Source of the DNA: an uncultured delta proteobacterium
GTDB taxonomy: Bacteria; Desulfobacterota; RBG-13-43-22
Length of the DNA stretch: 64,000 nt
Assembly (NCBI GenBank): GCA_963743305.1
Contig: CAVUPH010000014.1
Span: 464,746-528,745, forward strand
Direction of reading: 5' to 3'
The notes below the pieces were generated by a model that saw nothing but the letters and a program-made list of their open reading frames with translations, did not search any database and had not been told where the DNA came from. Below, piece after piece: positions 53,234 to 64,000 of the stretch. Each line of letters opens with the position of its first letter. Position 1 is the first letter of the stretch. The position numbers were made by a program, and so were the translations under genes.

Positions 53234-54013
53234 ATGGACAAAGCATCATTAATCGGCATCCTGCTGGGCGTCGGGGCGGTCATCGGGGGGATGGTTTTGG
53301 AAGGCGGCCACCTCGGTTCCATCATGCAGCTCACTGCCGCCATCATCGTGATGGGGGGGACCTTTGGGGCTGTATTCCTGAGTTTTCCCTTTGAGGGGGT
53401 CCTGACAGGCTTCAAGGACCTGAAAAGAATCTTTATAGAACCGGCCCTCAACCCTTTTCAGTATATCGACCTGATTATCAGTTTTGCCAATAAGGCGCGA
53501 AAAGAGGGGATCCTTTCTCTGGAAAGAGAGATCAAGAATATCGAGCACCCTTTTATGAAGAAGGCCCTGACCATGGCCGTCGACGGGGTGGAACCCAAGA
53601 TCATGCGCGAAGCCATGGAAACCGAACTGGCCTACATGGATGAATATGGGAAGTTAAGCGGCAAAGTCTGGCAGGCTGCCGGGGGCTATGCCCCGACCGT
53701 CGGGATCCTGGGGGCCGTATTAGGGCTTATTCATGTGATGGAGAACTTGAATGACCCCAGCAAACTAGGACCGGGGATCGCCGTGGCCTTCGTGGCTACC
53801 GTTTACGGCGTGGGTTCGGCCAATTTGTTTTTTCTGCCCATGGCCACCAAATTAACGCACCGTCATCAAGAGGGTTTAGTGATCAACGAAATGATCCTGG
53901 AGGGGGTGGTGGCCTTGTCCACCGGGGAAAACCCCCGGCTGATTGAAGAAAAACTGACCACTTATCTATCGGAACACCAGAAAAATAAGAACCCGAGCCC
54001 GAAAAAGGAATAA
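53234..54013 (+). CDS. motA: Flagellar stator A subunit
   Basis: ARKEGILSLE, YAPTVGILGAV, AFVATVYG, GENPR. Confidence 0.95.
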   Translation: MDKASLIGILLGVGAVIGGMVLEGGHLGSIMQLTAAIIVMGGTFGAVFLSFPFEGVLTGFKDLKRIFIEPALNPFQYIDLIISFANKARKEGILSLEREIKNIEHPFMKKALTMAVDGVEPKIMREAMETELAYMDEYGKLSGKVWQAAGGYAPTVGILGAVLGLIHVMENLNDPSKLGPGIAVAFVATVYGVGSANLFFLPMATKLTHRHQEGLVINEMILEGVVALSTGENPRLIEEKLTTYLSEHQKNKNPSPKKE

Positions 54014-54027
54014 TAAGGATATCCATT

Positions 54028-54867
54028 ATGGCTAGAAAGAAAAAGGCCGAGGAACACGAGAATTTAGAACGGTGGTTGGTTTCTTATGCCGATTTTATTA
54101 CCCTGCTCTTCGCTTTTTTTGTGACCATGTATGCCAGCTCCCGGGTGGATGAACAAAAAATGGGATCGGCGGTGGAATCCCTGCAACGGGCACTGGGCGC
54201 GGTGATCGCCGTGCCGGTCCCCAGCCGACAGGCTGGAGTATTTCATGATTTCAGCAATCCGGTCCAGGTGACCATCGTTCCCATCGGCGCCCCCCACGCC
54301 CAAGAGGTGAATAAGCTGGCTCAGGAGTTGAAGAAAAAAATTGAAGGACCCCAGGGAAAAGGCGGGAAAAAAGCCGGTGCCCAGGCCTACCAGGTAAGTT
54401 TTATACTTCAGGAGCGGGGACTGGTAATCCGGGTTTCAGACCAGTTTTTTTTCCAGATCGGAGAAGCGGCCATCCGTCCCGAAGTCCAGCCCTTTTTGAA
54501 GGTCCTCGGACAGACATTGCAGGGTTTGGATAATTCTATCCGCATTGAAGGCCATACCGACAATGTCCCGATCAACACCGCACAGTTCCCTTCTAACTGG
54601 GAACTTTCCACGGCCCGGGCGACTACCATCATCCGTTATTTCCTAACCAACTTCCAATTCGACCCTCAAAAACTTTCTGCCGCCGGTTACGGGGAGTTTC
54701 GACCGATCGCCGCCAATGACACCCCAGAGGGGCGGGATCAAAACCGCCGGGTGGACGTGGTGATCTTGAACAGCCAGGAAAAGAAGAATGAACCGGCGGG
54801 CCTGATGAAAAAAGAAAAGGAGGCCGCCCAGAGTCACCCCGGCGGCCTCCCTAAAACTAAAAGCTGA
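54028..54867 (+). CDS. motB: Flagellar stator B subunit
   Basis: RWLVSYADFITLLFAFFV; EGHTDN, SNWELSTARA, NRRVD. Confidence 0.95.
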   Translation: MARKKKAEEHENLERWLVSYADFITLLFAFFVTMYASSRVDEQKMGSAVESLQRALGAVIAVPVPSRQAGVFHDFSNPVQVTIVPIGAPHAQEVNKLAQELKKKIEGPQGKGGKKAGAQAYQVSFILQERGLVIRVSDQFFFQIGEAAIRPEVQPFLKVLGQTLQGLDNSIRIEGHTDNVPINTAQFPSNWELSTARATTIIRYFLTNFQFDPQKLSAAGYGEFRPIAANDTPEGRDQNRRVDVVILNSQEKKNEPAGLMKKEKEAAQSHPGGLPKTKS

Positions 54868-54949
54868 TCCTTCCCCTATAAATTCCTTTTCAGGCTGAAC
54901 CTCGAGCCCGGCACGGGTACCCCGAAGCATGAAAATAGTTGAGATACCC

Positions 54950-55046
54950 GTCATTGCGAGGAGCGGTGCGACGAAGCAATCCCCCCGGTAGTTTATAATA
55001 GTCTCTAAGCTCTACCGGGAGATTGCTTCGCTCCGCTCGCAATGAC
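54950..55046. repeat. GTCATTGCGAG-type palindromic element (REP/MITE-like)
   Basis: GTCATTGCGAG..GAAGCAATC..CCGGTAG / CTACCGG..GATTGCTTCG..CTCGCAATGAC long inverted repeat. Confidence 0.8.
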
Positions 55047-55125
55047 ATGAGGGGGCGGCTTTGCGGTGAAGAAATCCGGCAGGGGTTCTCCTCCCAAAGT
55101 TCGCTTCCTGAAACCACTGTCGGTC

Positions 55126-56697
55126 CTAACCGGCAACCATCACCGACTCCGTCAGCCGCCCTTCCTGGTTAACCATAGCCGCGTTCAGGGGATTGTCTCC
55201 GGTATTCACGATTTCCACCAGGGCTTCCACCACCTGCGGGTCGAACTGCGATTGACTGCAGCGGGTGATCTCCTGGAGGGCCTCTTCTTGATTCAGGGCT
55301 TTGCGGTAGGAGCGGTCGGAAGTCATGGCATCGTAGGCGTCCGCCACCGAAATAATCCGGCAGAGGAAAGGTATTTGATTCCCTTTTAAACCATCCGGAT
55401 ACCCGGCCCCATCCCACCGTTCGTGGTGGTGGCGGATGATCGACTTTTCCATGGCGGAAATTCCCAATTGATTGATGATCCGCTCTCCGGTGGTAGGATG
55501 CATCTTGATCATATCGTATTCATCCTTATTTAGCCTGGAAGGCTTCAGCAGAACATAATCCTGAACTCCGATCTTCCCGATGTCGTGCAGTGGTCCGGCA
55601 AAGGCCAGGGCGGCAATTTCTTCTTCGGGGCGGTTCATTTTCCGGGCAATGGTCATGGCCAATTGGGTTACGCGCTCAGAATGCTTCATGGTGTAGGGGT
55701 CCTTGGCCTCTATAGTGCTGACCAGGGCCTTCAACGTGGCATAGAGATTTGAGACCACGTTTTCATACAGGGCGATATTTTCGATGGTCATGGCCGCCTT
55801 TTCGCTAAGAATCGAAAGCAAGAAAAGGTCTTCTTCGGAAAAGGGCCTCCCCTGATCCCGATCGGCCAACTGCAACACTCCGAAGGTTTCCTGGCGAATC
55901 TTTAGGGGCATGGCCAAAAAGGATGAAGGCTTTCCTCCCAGGGACTCGTCGGGAAAAGAGAGCAGGCCTTCTTCTCCCAAACCGAGGACGGGCATCCCGT
56001 CCTGGGCCACCTTGCCCACAACCCCTTGGCCCAGGGGTACTACCAAGTGATTGATCAGGCTGGGATCCATTCCCACACCGGCAATCAATCGCAGTTGACC
56101 CGCCTCCCGATTCCAGATGAAAAAAGCCACCATCCGGGCATCTGTCAGATGGGCGGCCATGTTGACAATCTGGTGGAAGAGGTCCTCTTTGCCCCGGACC
56201 TGGCTCAACTGGTCCATGATGGTATACAAAATGGTTTGTTCCTTGACTTTCTTTTCCAGCTTCAGGTTCAGTTCTTCCAGGATTTTCTTGGCCCGGACTT
56301 CTTCCGTCAGCATCTTATTTTCATTGAGCAGTTTCTTCTCTTTGGTCAGTCGTTCCAGGGTCAGACTCACCTGTTCCAACTGGAAGGGTTTGATCAGGAA
56401 GTCCGAGGCCCCCTTTTGGATGGCCTCGATCATAATTTCAAAGGAAGGCTGGCCGGTCATGAGGACGATCATCACGTCCTTGTTGAGCTGTTTGATTCTG
56501 CCCAGGGTCTCCAGCCCGGTAAACCCTGGCATGTACATGTCCATGAAAACACAGTCCATTTCCACCTTCTGGATCCAATTGAGTCCCTCAATCCCGTCGG
56601 TGGCCAAAAAGACATTGTTGCCTTTGAACTCCCGCAGGTAGGCATCCAACAAATTACGAATAATCGGATCGTCATCAACCACCAGTATGTTCATCAT
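55126..56697 (-). CDS. REC-GAF-HD-GYP c-di-GMP phosphodiesterase
   Basis: REC (LVVDDD, DMYMP, KPF), GAF, HSERV, LHDIGKIG, HHERWDGAGYPDGL. Confidence 0.93.
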   Translation of the reverse strand: MMNILVVDDDPIIRNLLDAYLREFKGNNVFLATDGIEGLNWIQKVEMDCVFMDMYMPGFTGLETLGRIKQLNKDVMIVLMTGQPSFEIMIEAIQKGASDFLIKPFQLEQVSLTLERLTKEKKLLNENKMLTEEVRAKKILEELNLKLEKKVKEQTILYTIMDQLSQVRGKEDLFHQIVNMAAHLTDARMVAFFIWNREAGQLRLIAGVGMDPSLINHLVVPLGQGVVGKVAQDGMPVLGLGEEGLLSFPDESLGGKPSSFLAMPLKIRQETFGVLQLADRDQGRPFSEEDLFLLSILSEKAAMTIENIALYENVVSNLYATLKALVSTIEAKDPYTMKHSERVTQLAMTIARKMNRPEEEIAALAFAGPLHDIGKIGVQDYVLLKPSRLNKDEYDMIKMHPTTGERIINQLGISAMEKSIIRHHHERWDGAGYPDGLKGNQIPFLCRIISVADAYDAMTSDRSYRKALNQEEALQEITRCSQSQFDPQVVEALVEIVNTGDNPLNAAMVNQEGRLTESVMVAG

Positions 56698-56904
56698 GAT
56701 CTATTCCTTTATCTTATTACTTCTGGCGTCGAATCAACGCCCTAATCATCCTTTCGACTTTAACGAAGGTTTCCTTAAATTTTTTCTATCTCGTCCCGTC
56801 TTCGTCTGTGTGTGCCTGTCGCTAAAAAGGGCGTTAAAACAAAACCCCCTTGCTCTCAACTTTCGAGGCAAGGGGGATCACGCGGTAACTTATCAAAGTT
56901 ATTC

Positions 56905-57327
56905 TCATTTAACCATATCAACAAACCGTGGCGAATAGCCCTGCGGTGGAATATATTTCTTAACACCCTGAACCTCCCGGCCCAGGGTGGCCATTTCCTG
57001 CTTCAAATCCCGGCAGCGCACCTCGGCGTACTGGAGGCACTCCAAATTCAAGTCAAAGATCTCTTGCCAGGTTTCCTTAATCTTTCCGATCCAGGTCGCC
57101 AGTAAGGGTTCTCCTTTTTTCTCCAGAGGAACGGCTCGCCGTCCGGGGTAACCCTCCCGGGCGAGTTGTATGTCCACCAGATCGATGGTTTTTAGGATTT
57201 CTTCCCGCTCCCTGGTCAACTGGCTGATATGAGCGCCCATTCCCTCTTCCAGGGCTTTCTTGAATCTTTCCATGTTGGTTTTTAGCCGGCGATAGAGTCC
57301 GTGTTTTTTCTGTAGCAAGTCGGTCAT
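56905..57327 (-). CDS. FlgN/FliT-like helical flagellar chaperone
   Basis: Helical 140 aa protein in late flagellar operon; C-terminal Y...PRFVD motif shared with the 57974 gene. Confidence 0.55.
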   Translation of the reverse strand: MTDLLQKKHGLYRRLKTNMERFKKALEEGMGAHISQLTREREEILKTIDLVDIQLAREGYPGRRAVPLEKKGEPLLATWIGKIKETWQEIFDLNLECLQYAEVRCRDLKQEMATLGREVQGVKKYIPPQGYSPRFVDMVK

Positions 57328-57457
57328 CAGGTGCCCCTTATTCCCCTAAGTTTCTTAAAGGTAAGGCGCTCGGTCTCTGCGCCATGCTCTTACCCCGTAA
57401 GATCTTATGATCGCAAATGCTGGTTCCTTGAGAAGCAATTCTGGCCAGGCTTTTGCC

Positions 57458-57799
57458 TTAAGCCTTATGGTCAAATATCAGCCCAACGGACTCTTGGAAT
57501 CTCGTTGCCAGATCCTGCAACACTTCGGGCGGAATTTCTCTTATCACCTCGCCCGTATCCTTGTCGACAACGGAAATCACTATCTGCCCTGAAGATTGAT
57601 TGACGGAAAAATTCAAATTGACATCACGAAGCCCTTTAATTTCAAGGTCCTTTACAGGTGACTCCACCCTTCTCTCTTCCGCGGCATTTTTCCTCGGCGC
57701 CGGAGAAGACTGACCCTGACCGACCATTTTCGCTGCCACGCCCAAGTCTAACATCGGATTCGAATTTTTCACTGCCATAGAAACGCTTTCTAGTAACAC
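57458..57799 (-). CDS. flaG: Flagellar protein FlaG
   Basis: LNFSV...VVDKDTGEVIREIPPE...GLIFD; start GTG at 57799 or ATG at 57778. Confidence 0.92.
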   Translation of the reverse strand: MLLESVSMAVKNSNPMLDLGVAAKMVGQGQSSPAPRKNAAEERRVESPVKDLEIKGLRDVNLNFSVNQSSGQIVISVVDKDTGEVIREIPPEVLQDLATRFQESVGLIFDHKA

Positions 57800-57831
57800 C
57801 GGTATCACCGCCCTTTCGTTTTGGAACCATG

Positions 57832-57963
57832 GAAACGAGATCTTTCGCGGAGTTTGCCCTGCACCCGTAATTCCGAGCACTCCGCCTTCCTGTTATCCTG
57901 AGCCCCGCCGCAGGCGGGATAAACTCCGCGAAGGATCTCGGTTCTCGGCTCAGGGTAAACTCC
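57832..57963. repeat. Palindromic REP/MITE-like element
   Basis: GAGATCTTTCGCGGAGTTT..CCC pairs with GGGATAAACTCCGCGAAGGATCTC; a further partial arm CAGGGTAAACTCC follows. Confidence 0.7.
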
Positions 57964-57973
57964 ACTGAGACGA

Positions 57974-58434
57974 TCACCCTCTGGCGTCAATATAGCGGGG
58001 AATGCGCCTTTCTCTGGATCCGTACCCTTTCGCGGCCTGCTTGACCTGTTTCATCTTTATAAGCTCTTCTTTAACGCCCCGGCTTTCTTCCCGAACCATG
58101 ACCATCACCTCGGCGTCCATCGGCGCAATCTGCTCCACCAGGCCTTTGAGCCGCTGCAGATAGCCGTTCAACTTCCCCTTCAACTCCCGGGAAATCCGGG
58201 AGAGTTCTCCTGCGCCCAAGCTTCTGATTTTCTTGAGGGACTGATCGATCTTTTCTATTTTATCGATGCAATCCTGGCGTCTCGCCAATAACCCTTCCAG
58301 CACGGCCTCTTTTTCGCGCCAAGAACGATTCCTTCATGGTCCTGGTGAGGGACAGGTATTGGTTCATCAAGGCAACCTTCTTCTCCAGGAACAGAAAAGT
58401 ATATTGTGACCGGATCGAACGCCTTCGGAGTCAT
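57974..58434 (-). CDS. FliT/FlgN-like chaperone, apparently with two frameshifts
   Basis: ATG at 58434; LFLEKKVALMNQYLSLT..KESF in one frame, LEGLLARRQDCIDKIEKID...PRYIDARG in another. Confidence 0.55.
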
Positions 58435-58483
58435 AGTCCTTTACGCCCCCATATAATGGGCCATGGGCCCCGTCATCCGTTTT

Positions 58484-58892
58484 TCAGTAACCTGAACCGG
58501 CGCGGGTATGAGGTTTTGATCTGGGCACCTCGATAATTTCTTTCCAGGCGGACAATAGTTCCGCCAGCATTCCGATAACTTCATCAAGACCGGCAAGGTC
58601 TTTTTTGACATCCGCCAGGAGAATTCTTTTGTTCATGTATTTATAAAGGGCCTGGAGATTTCGAGCAATTATGCCGCCTTTTTCATAGTCGAGCGAGCCT
58701 AACAATTCGTCGATAATGTCCATGGCCTTTTTGAGGGCCTGACACTTTGCCTTCATAATCTTTTTCCCGATATTTCGTTTTGGCGATTTTTAGTTGAAGG
58801 ATCGCACCTTCGTAACACATTAAAATCAGTCTCCCGGGATCTGCAGTCAGCACTTGGGTATTCTGATATGCCCCAAACCCTTTGTTAACCAT
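58484..58892 (-). CDS. fliS: Flagellin chaperone FliS, frameshifted near 58745
   Basis: AYQNTQVLTADPGRLILMCYEGA plus KAMDIIDEL..SLD...NLQALYKYM...ELLSAWKE. Confidence 0.92.
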
Positions 58893-58925
58893 TACCTCCT
58901 CCTTCTCTTCTCTATTAATCGTGAT

Positions 58926-61900
58926 CTATCCATTCGATTTCGACAAGGAATTGAGCTGGCTGGTAAGCCAGTTGCTCTGGGTCTGCATTTTGGAAAGGAG
59001 CGTTTCCATAACTACGAACCGGTTGGTCATCGTTTCCATCTTTTGGTTTAACCGGGCTTCCATTTGATCGATCTGGGTGGTAAAGCTGTCGATGCTGTTC
59101 TGAAGAGATTGTTGTTTGAAGCCGACGTAGCCGTCAATCGGATCCGTAATATTGAATAAGGTACGATCAAAGAGTTCCGCCACCCCGAGGGTGAGTTTGA
59201 CCGTGGCCGACGTTGACGCCGGTTGTTGGCCCCGGTGTATTTTACGGAAAGGCCGGCCGTATTGGCGTTACCAGCAGCGCCCGTCAGCGTTTGCCCGGAC
59301 CCGGTGGCCGTTTCCCCATTGATGGTCCCGGCTACGTCCAGGCCAACATAGGTGCCACCGGTAATCCCCAACGAGGCATTAGCGGAAACCGAAAAACTGC
59401 CGGCGCTTCCATAGTCGTTATTGGTCAGCATCAGCTTATTATCAGCCGAGGCGGAGGCGGTCACCGACAGCGCATATCTTCCTTCCCGGCTCCCATCGGC
59501 GCCCGTGGGGTCCACGTCAATGGTCCCGAAATCCAAGTTGCGTCCCAGGGGGCCGGTTATGGAAAGGGCTGCCTGGCTGGTTCCGGTAGACTTGTCGGTC
59601 AGGGTGATCCGGCCGTTAGCATCGATAACGGCCGATACGGTGTTGTTAAACGAGGTTTCAATGGTCGATAGCAGCCCTTGAATCGTATTTATATTGATGT
59701 CGGAAATGGTGTAGCTTCCGCTAACGTCCGAACCGTTGCGCGCCGTTCCGCTGAAGCTGATGGTGTCGTCGTTTTGCAGACCGGCCGAAACCCCTCCCGT
59801 ATCGAACACACTCGCCCAGGTGGTGGCGTTGGTTATGGCCGCGGTCTTACCGGCATCGGCGTAGAGTGGTTGATCTCCGACGATTTTCCAGTTATAGGCC
59901 TGGGTGAGTTCTGAGTTGACGGCGTCCACGATCTGGTTCAGAGTCATTCCGTTGGTCAGCTTCACGCTGGCGGTCCCGCTGCCGTTTGTCAGCGTCAGGG
60001 TCGTATCTCCTACCAGTCCCCCCGCAAGGTCCAACGTCCCGGTGGCCGTTCCCTGGGTAGCCGCCTGAGTAATGTCCACCGTATAGCTGCCCGCTTTGGT
60101 TTCCAATCCATGCGTGATGTATTCCAGTGTTCCAGTAGTTGTCGTCCCGTTAGCGGCAAACAGATTCAGGACATCGTTGAAATTGGTTTCCAGGTATCCT
60201 TTCAGTGTGGTCTCATCAACCGAAAGTTGGCCCTGGTTATCCAGGTTGATTCCTACCAGCCCCATAATGGAAAATTGAGACGAGACTCCCGAAATTTGGT
60301 TCACAATATTGTTCGTCAGGTCGGTTTTGACGGACATTAATGTCCCGTCTCCAAAAAGAGGGCCGCCTCCTTGTTTCTTCTCAGTGTCATAAGTAGACTC
60401 GGTCTGGATGAAACTCATGACGTCGTTATATTTATTAACAAAATCCTCAATGAGATTGACCAGTCCATTAGTATCCCGGTTAACATTCAGGGTAACGGTG
60501 GTCCCCTGTTCCGCCTTTTTCAGGTTCAGGGTGACGCCGGTGATAGCGTCGGTAATGGTATTAGAGTTCCGGGTTAGGTAGTTGCCATCGACCTTTAACT
60601 GGGCGTCCCGTCCGGACTGAATTTCCATGGTATACCCTTGAATGGAGGCCGCTAAGGTCCCCAGGTTCAACCCGGCCCCGGCCTGGTTGTTGGTCACCAG
60701 GCTGATATTCAGGAGGCTGTCCCCGGAAGAGCTGTCGGTCACCTGGATCTTACCATCCGCCGTAACGGTAGCCGAGCCGGCCGAGACTCCGAACAGTCCT
60801 TCAAGTTGAGTAAGCAGCCCTTGGACGGTCTGGGTGGTTTTATCGGTAATCGTATAGGTCCCGGAAACGGCCGTTCCGTCGTGTTTGGTTCCGGTGATGG
60901 TGATGGTATCCCCGTTGGTGACATTATTGGCATCCCCCCCGGTGTTGATGCTCTCCCAGGTATCCGCGGCGGCAATATTTCCGCCACCGGTGGCCGTGGT
61001 CTTGGTATTGGCCGTGTCCCCGAGCAGGACTTCGTTGACGCTCTCGGCGGTTCCCTTCAGGATTCCCAGGCTCTGAAGCACATTGTTGGCATCCGTGTAA
61101 TCGGCCGCCGAGGTAGTACCATCGATGGCAATCCGGTAGGTCGTGGCCCCGTTTTGGGTGGAGCCGACCACCTGGGCGGTTACCCCGGTTAAGGCGCTAA
61201 TCTGGGAAGCGATCTGACCCAACGTACTGGAGAGATCAAGGGTAACGGCCTGGCCATTGATGGTCACGGTTCCACTGGTTGGACCGGTCAAGCCGAGCAG
61301 AGAATAAACCGCGGTCCCGGAACTGCTGAAGGCGTCGGTGCTGGCCCCGCTGCTGGTAGCATTCTTCAGGGCCAGGGTAGCGCTGACGAAACCCAAGGAC
61401 TCTAGTAGGTTGCTTGATCCGGCCTGCTGTAAGGCCATGCCGGCCGCCCCCTCTGTTTGGCTGGAAAGGACCAAGCGGTAGTCGGTTGCGGAATAGGAAA
61501 CTATGGAGGCCGTCACCTGGGTGGCGTTGGTTCCGCTGTTCAGGTTGTTGATTTTATTTCGGACACTGGTTAAGGTGTCAGTGGCCTCGATACTCACCGC
61601 CCGTCCATTGATAAGGAAACTCCCGGCGAAGGATGCCCCCAGCGCGGCAGATTGGTTGGTGAAGCTTTTCCCCGACATTTTCTGGGCCTGTGCGGTTTGG
61701 ATCACCTCCAGGGCATAAGTGCCGTTGCTGGCCGTTGTGCCCGCCGAAGCGGTCAGAATATCCGCGGCCGCAGTGGGAGAGGAAGAAGTGAGAGACGAGG
61801 CAAACAGATCGAATGCGCTAATATCTTTAATTTTATCGGCGGCGGTTTTGAGGGCCAGAAGCTTGGTATTAGCGGACTGCCATTCGGTGAGCTGAGTTTG

Positions 61901-62026
61901 GGTATCCGTTTTTTTGGCGGTCACCAGATCGATAGGTCGGTGATCAACGGCCTTAAGTTGGGTTATCATGGACTGCCAATCAAACCCGCTCGAAAGTCCC
62001 GCTACTGAAGTGGTGCCTGTGGCCAT
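58926..62026 (-). CDS. fliD: Flagellar filament cap protein, ~1030 aa, frameshifted near 59200-59230
   Basis: GLSSGFDWQSMITQL; DAQLKVDG..RNSNTITDAITGVTLNL; FVNKYN; C-terminal RFVVMETLLSKMQTQSNWL. Confidence 0.93.
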
Positions 62027-62092
62027 GGGCGCATCCTTTCTTTTCAACTATACTCAAAATCAGCCGGGAATATGCTGCCGAACTTGTTCTTT

Positions 62093-62120
62093 TTATCGGA
62101 AAAATCTGCCCGAAACTTGA
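62093..62120 (-). promoter_or_regulatory. sigma28 promoter of fliD operon
   Basis: TCAA-N16-TCCGATAA on minus strand. Confidence 0.7.
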
Positions 62121-62126
62121 GACTTA

Positions 62127-62560
62127 ATGGGGGGGAGAGGGGGGGGGGGGGGAGAGGAGAGAAAAGGAAAAGAGAAAAGAAAGGGGAGACGGGGGGGGGA
62201 AGGGGGAGGGGAGGGAGGAGCGGACGAGGAGAGGACCAGGAGGGGAGAGGAGGAGAAAAGGTGGAGAGTCGGCGCGACGGCGCCACACAGGAAACCACGA
62301 AGGACGAAGGCGACGGGCCACCGGCCGGACAGCAACAAATATCAAGGTCGGGGCGCGGGAACCGCAAGGAAAGCGGATCGAGTGGCCGGGAAACTAGAAA
62401 AGGGACACTCACGAAAGGACAGAAAAAACACGGAAACGCATCAAACGCGGACCGGCGGAGAGGAAACCGGCGAAAGCGCCCGAAGCAAGAAAGCGCGCAG
62501 CGAAGCGACCGGGCGAGCCGCGGCGCGCGCCGGCAAAGGGAGACGGCGGCCGGGAGCGGG
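62127..62560. other. Low-complexity, G/A-rich, T-depleted block (probable sequencing/assembly artefact)
   Basis: Poly-G and GA runs with almost no T on the + strand; ORFs are nonsense Gly/Arg/Pro strings. Confidence 0.6.
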
Positions 62561-62607
62561 GGTGTTTTTATGTCCGGTTTGATAATTAGCAAAAGGCCTG
62601 CCAAATA

Positions 62608-62649
62608 ACAAAAACCCCGTTTCCTTGGTTCCGGAAACGGGGTTTTTGT
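62608..62649 (-). terminator. Rho-independent terminator after fliC (bidirectional form)
   Basis: ACAAAAACCCCGTTTCC-N8-GGAAACGGGGTTTTTGT. Confidence 0.88.
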
Positions 62650-62674
62650 AGTACTTCTAATGCCTGTTAGGGGT

Positions 62675-63786
62675 TTATTTGAATAGAGACAAGACGTTCT
62701 GAGGCGCGCTATTGGCCTGAGCCAACATGGCCGTACTGGCCTGGAGCAGGATCTGGTTCTTGGTAAAACTCGTCATTTCATCGGCCATGTCCACATCCCG
62801 GATGACCGATTCGGCGGCCTGGGTGTTTTCAATGGTAGTTGCCAGGTTCGCGGCGGCATAAGTGAGCCGGTTCTGGGCCGCACCGATGTCTCCACGCGTT
62901 GCGTTCAGTTTTCCAATGGCCGTGTCAATAGTCGCCATGAATGTCTGCGCTTTGGCAGCGGTATTCATTTGATCGACAGCTACTCCCAGTACGGCACTGG
63001 TAGCGCTACCGATCAAGACTCCGATCCTATCGTTGCCGGTATTCTTTGCTCCCACCTGGAAGTCTGGAGGCCGTAGCAGTGTTGGATACAATGGTGCCAT
63101 CCAAAGCCAACGCCAAACTCACTATTAATTTTCAAAGTGAGTCCCAGGGTAGCAAAGCTCACCTCTTTGGTTGTTCCGGCAGCAGGAGCGGTGACGCCAT
63201 AAACGGTTTCGGAGAACCGCTGACCGCCGGCCAGCGTGGCCGAGACAGTAATATTCCCGTTAGTAGCGGTAGCCAACGTTGTAGGTTTGCGCTCGATTCC
63301 ATCCCTGTCGCTCCGGAAAATCCCAGGGTTGATTGCAGATACCACTGAAGAAACAGTGACCCCGAAAGTTCCGTTCAGGAGCTTGGATCCCGCGTATTCC
63401 GTGGAATTGGCGATACGGTCGATTTCGTCGATCAGTTTATTTCCTTCGGCGTTGATTTTGTCCAGGTTTGACCCGGCATTGGCCGAGGCCGCCTGGGTGG
63501 CCAGTTCCTTCAAGCGGGTAAGCATGTTGCCGATCTGGTCCACGGCGCCTTCAGTTACCTGGAGAAGGGAAGTGGCCTCCGACGTGTTTCTGCTCGCCAC
63601 CTTGAAGCTGGCAATGTCCGCTCGGAATTGTTGAGAAATGGATAAACCGGCCGCATCATCAGCAGCCCGGTTAATCCGGAAACCGGATGACAGCCTTTCC
63701 AGATTTTTGCTGAGATTGGTATCTGAAATGCTTAACTGTCGGTGGGCATTCATTGCCGCAATATTGTTCTGAATTCTTAATCCCAT
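62675..63786 (-). CDS. fliC: Flagellin, frameshifted near 63060-63120
   Basis: LERLSSGFRINRAADDAAGL; FQVGA; RGDIGAAQNRL; AESVIRDVDMA; AQANSAPQNVLSL. Confidence 0.95.
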
Positions 63787-63815
63787 TGTTTTAATCCTCC
63801 ATGATTAAATTTTTC

Positions 63816-63829
63816 CGGCATCCTTGCCG
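63816..63829 (-). promoter_or_regulatory. CsrA-type hairpin in flagellin 5' UTR
   Basis: CGGCA-AGGA-TGCCG just upstream of the ATGGAGGA SD region. Confidence 0.7.
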
Positions 63830-63941
63830 AATTGGTTTAAAAGGTCTACTTATCCTTCTGGTTTCATCTGTGAGATTTTCCGTTGATAACGATTCCCTCC
63901 CTAGTCACCCCTTTCTGTTAAATTTGCCATATTTGAACTTG

Positions 63942-63969
63942 TTATCGGGAAAGAAGCCGGAATACTTTA
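63942..63969 (-). promoter_or_regulatory. sigma28 promoter of fliC
   Basis: TAAA-N16-CCCGATAA on minus strand. Confidence 0.78.
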
Positions 63970-64000
63970 ATTTTTTTTGATCATCGGATGTCGGCCCCAC

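Noticed and set aside
62044-62608. ORFs of 151-186 aa in the purine-rich block
   Set aside because: Low-complexity products of a T-less, probably artefactual sequence.

Overview
A 64 kb chromosomal segment from a flagellated bacterium. Gene content and order suggest Desulfobacterota (Deltaproteobacteria); this is inferred, not database-checked. Left to right: recC (partial)-recB-recD; a DUF853/HerA-like ATPase; ppdK; an internally deleted TM2 gene; YhhN; a compact lasso-peptide-type RiPP locus (RRE/B1, B2 peptidase, two tandem precursors, HPr-like kinase, but no lasso cyclase in the window); infA and an RRM protein; the dcw cluster (mraZ to ftsZ, no ddl); Hsp20 and a lytic transglycosylase; and a ~30 kb motility, chemotaxis and c-di-GMP region. 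That region holds two stator pairs, two PilZ proteins, two HD-GYP proteins, HDOD proteins, a che operon with two CheD and two stand-alone Cache proteins, an MshEN-containing CheA, flaG, fliS, a ~1000 aa FliD and fliC. The best candidate for an undescribed system is the RiPP locus at 11.5-13.7 kb: one of its two precursors is missing from the ORF track, and both predicted cores start with Gln/Glu. Frameshifts in at least seven genes (including murB) and a T-depleted block at 62.1-62.6 kb most likely reflect assembly errors. No rRNA, tRNA, CRISPR array or transposase was seen.
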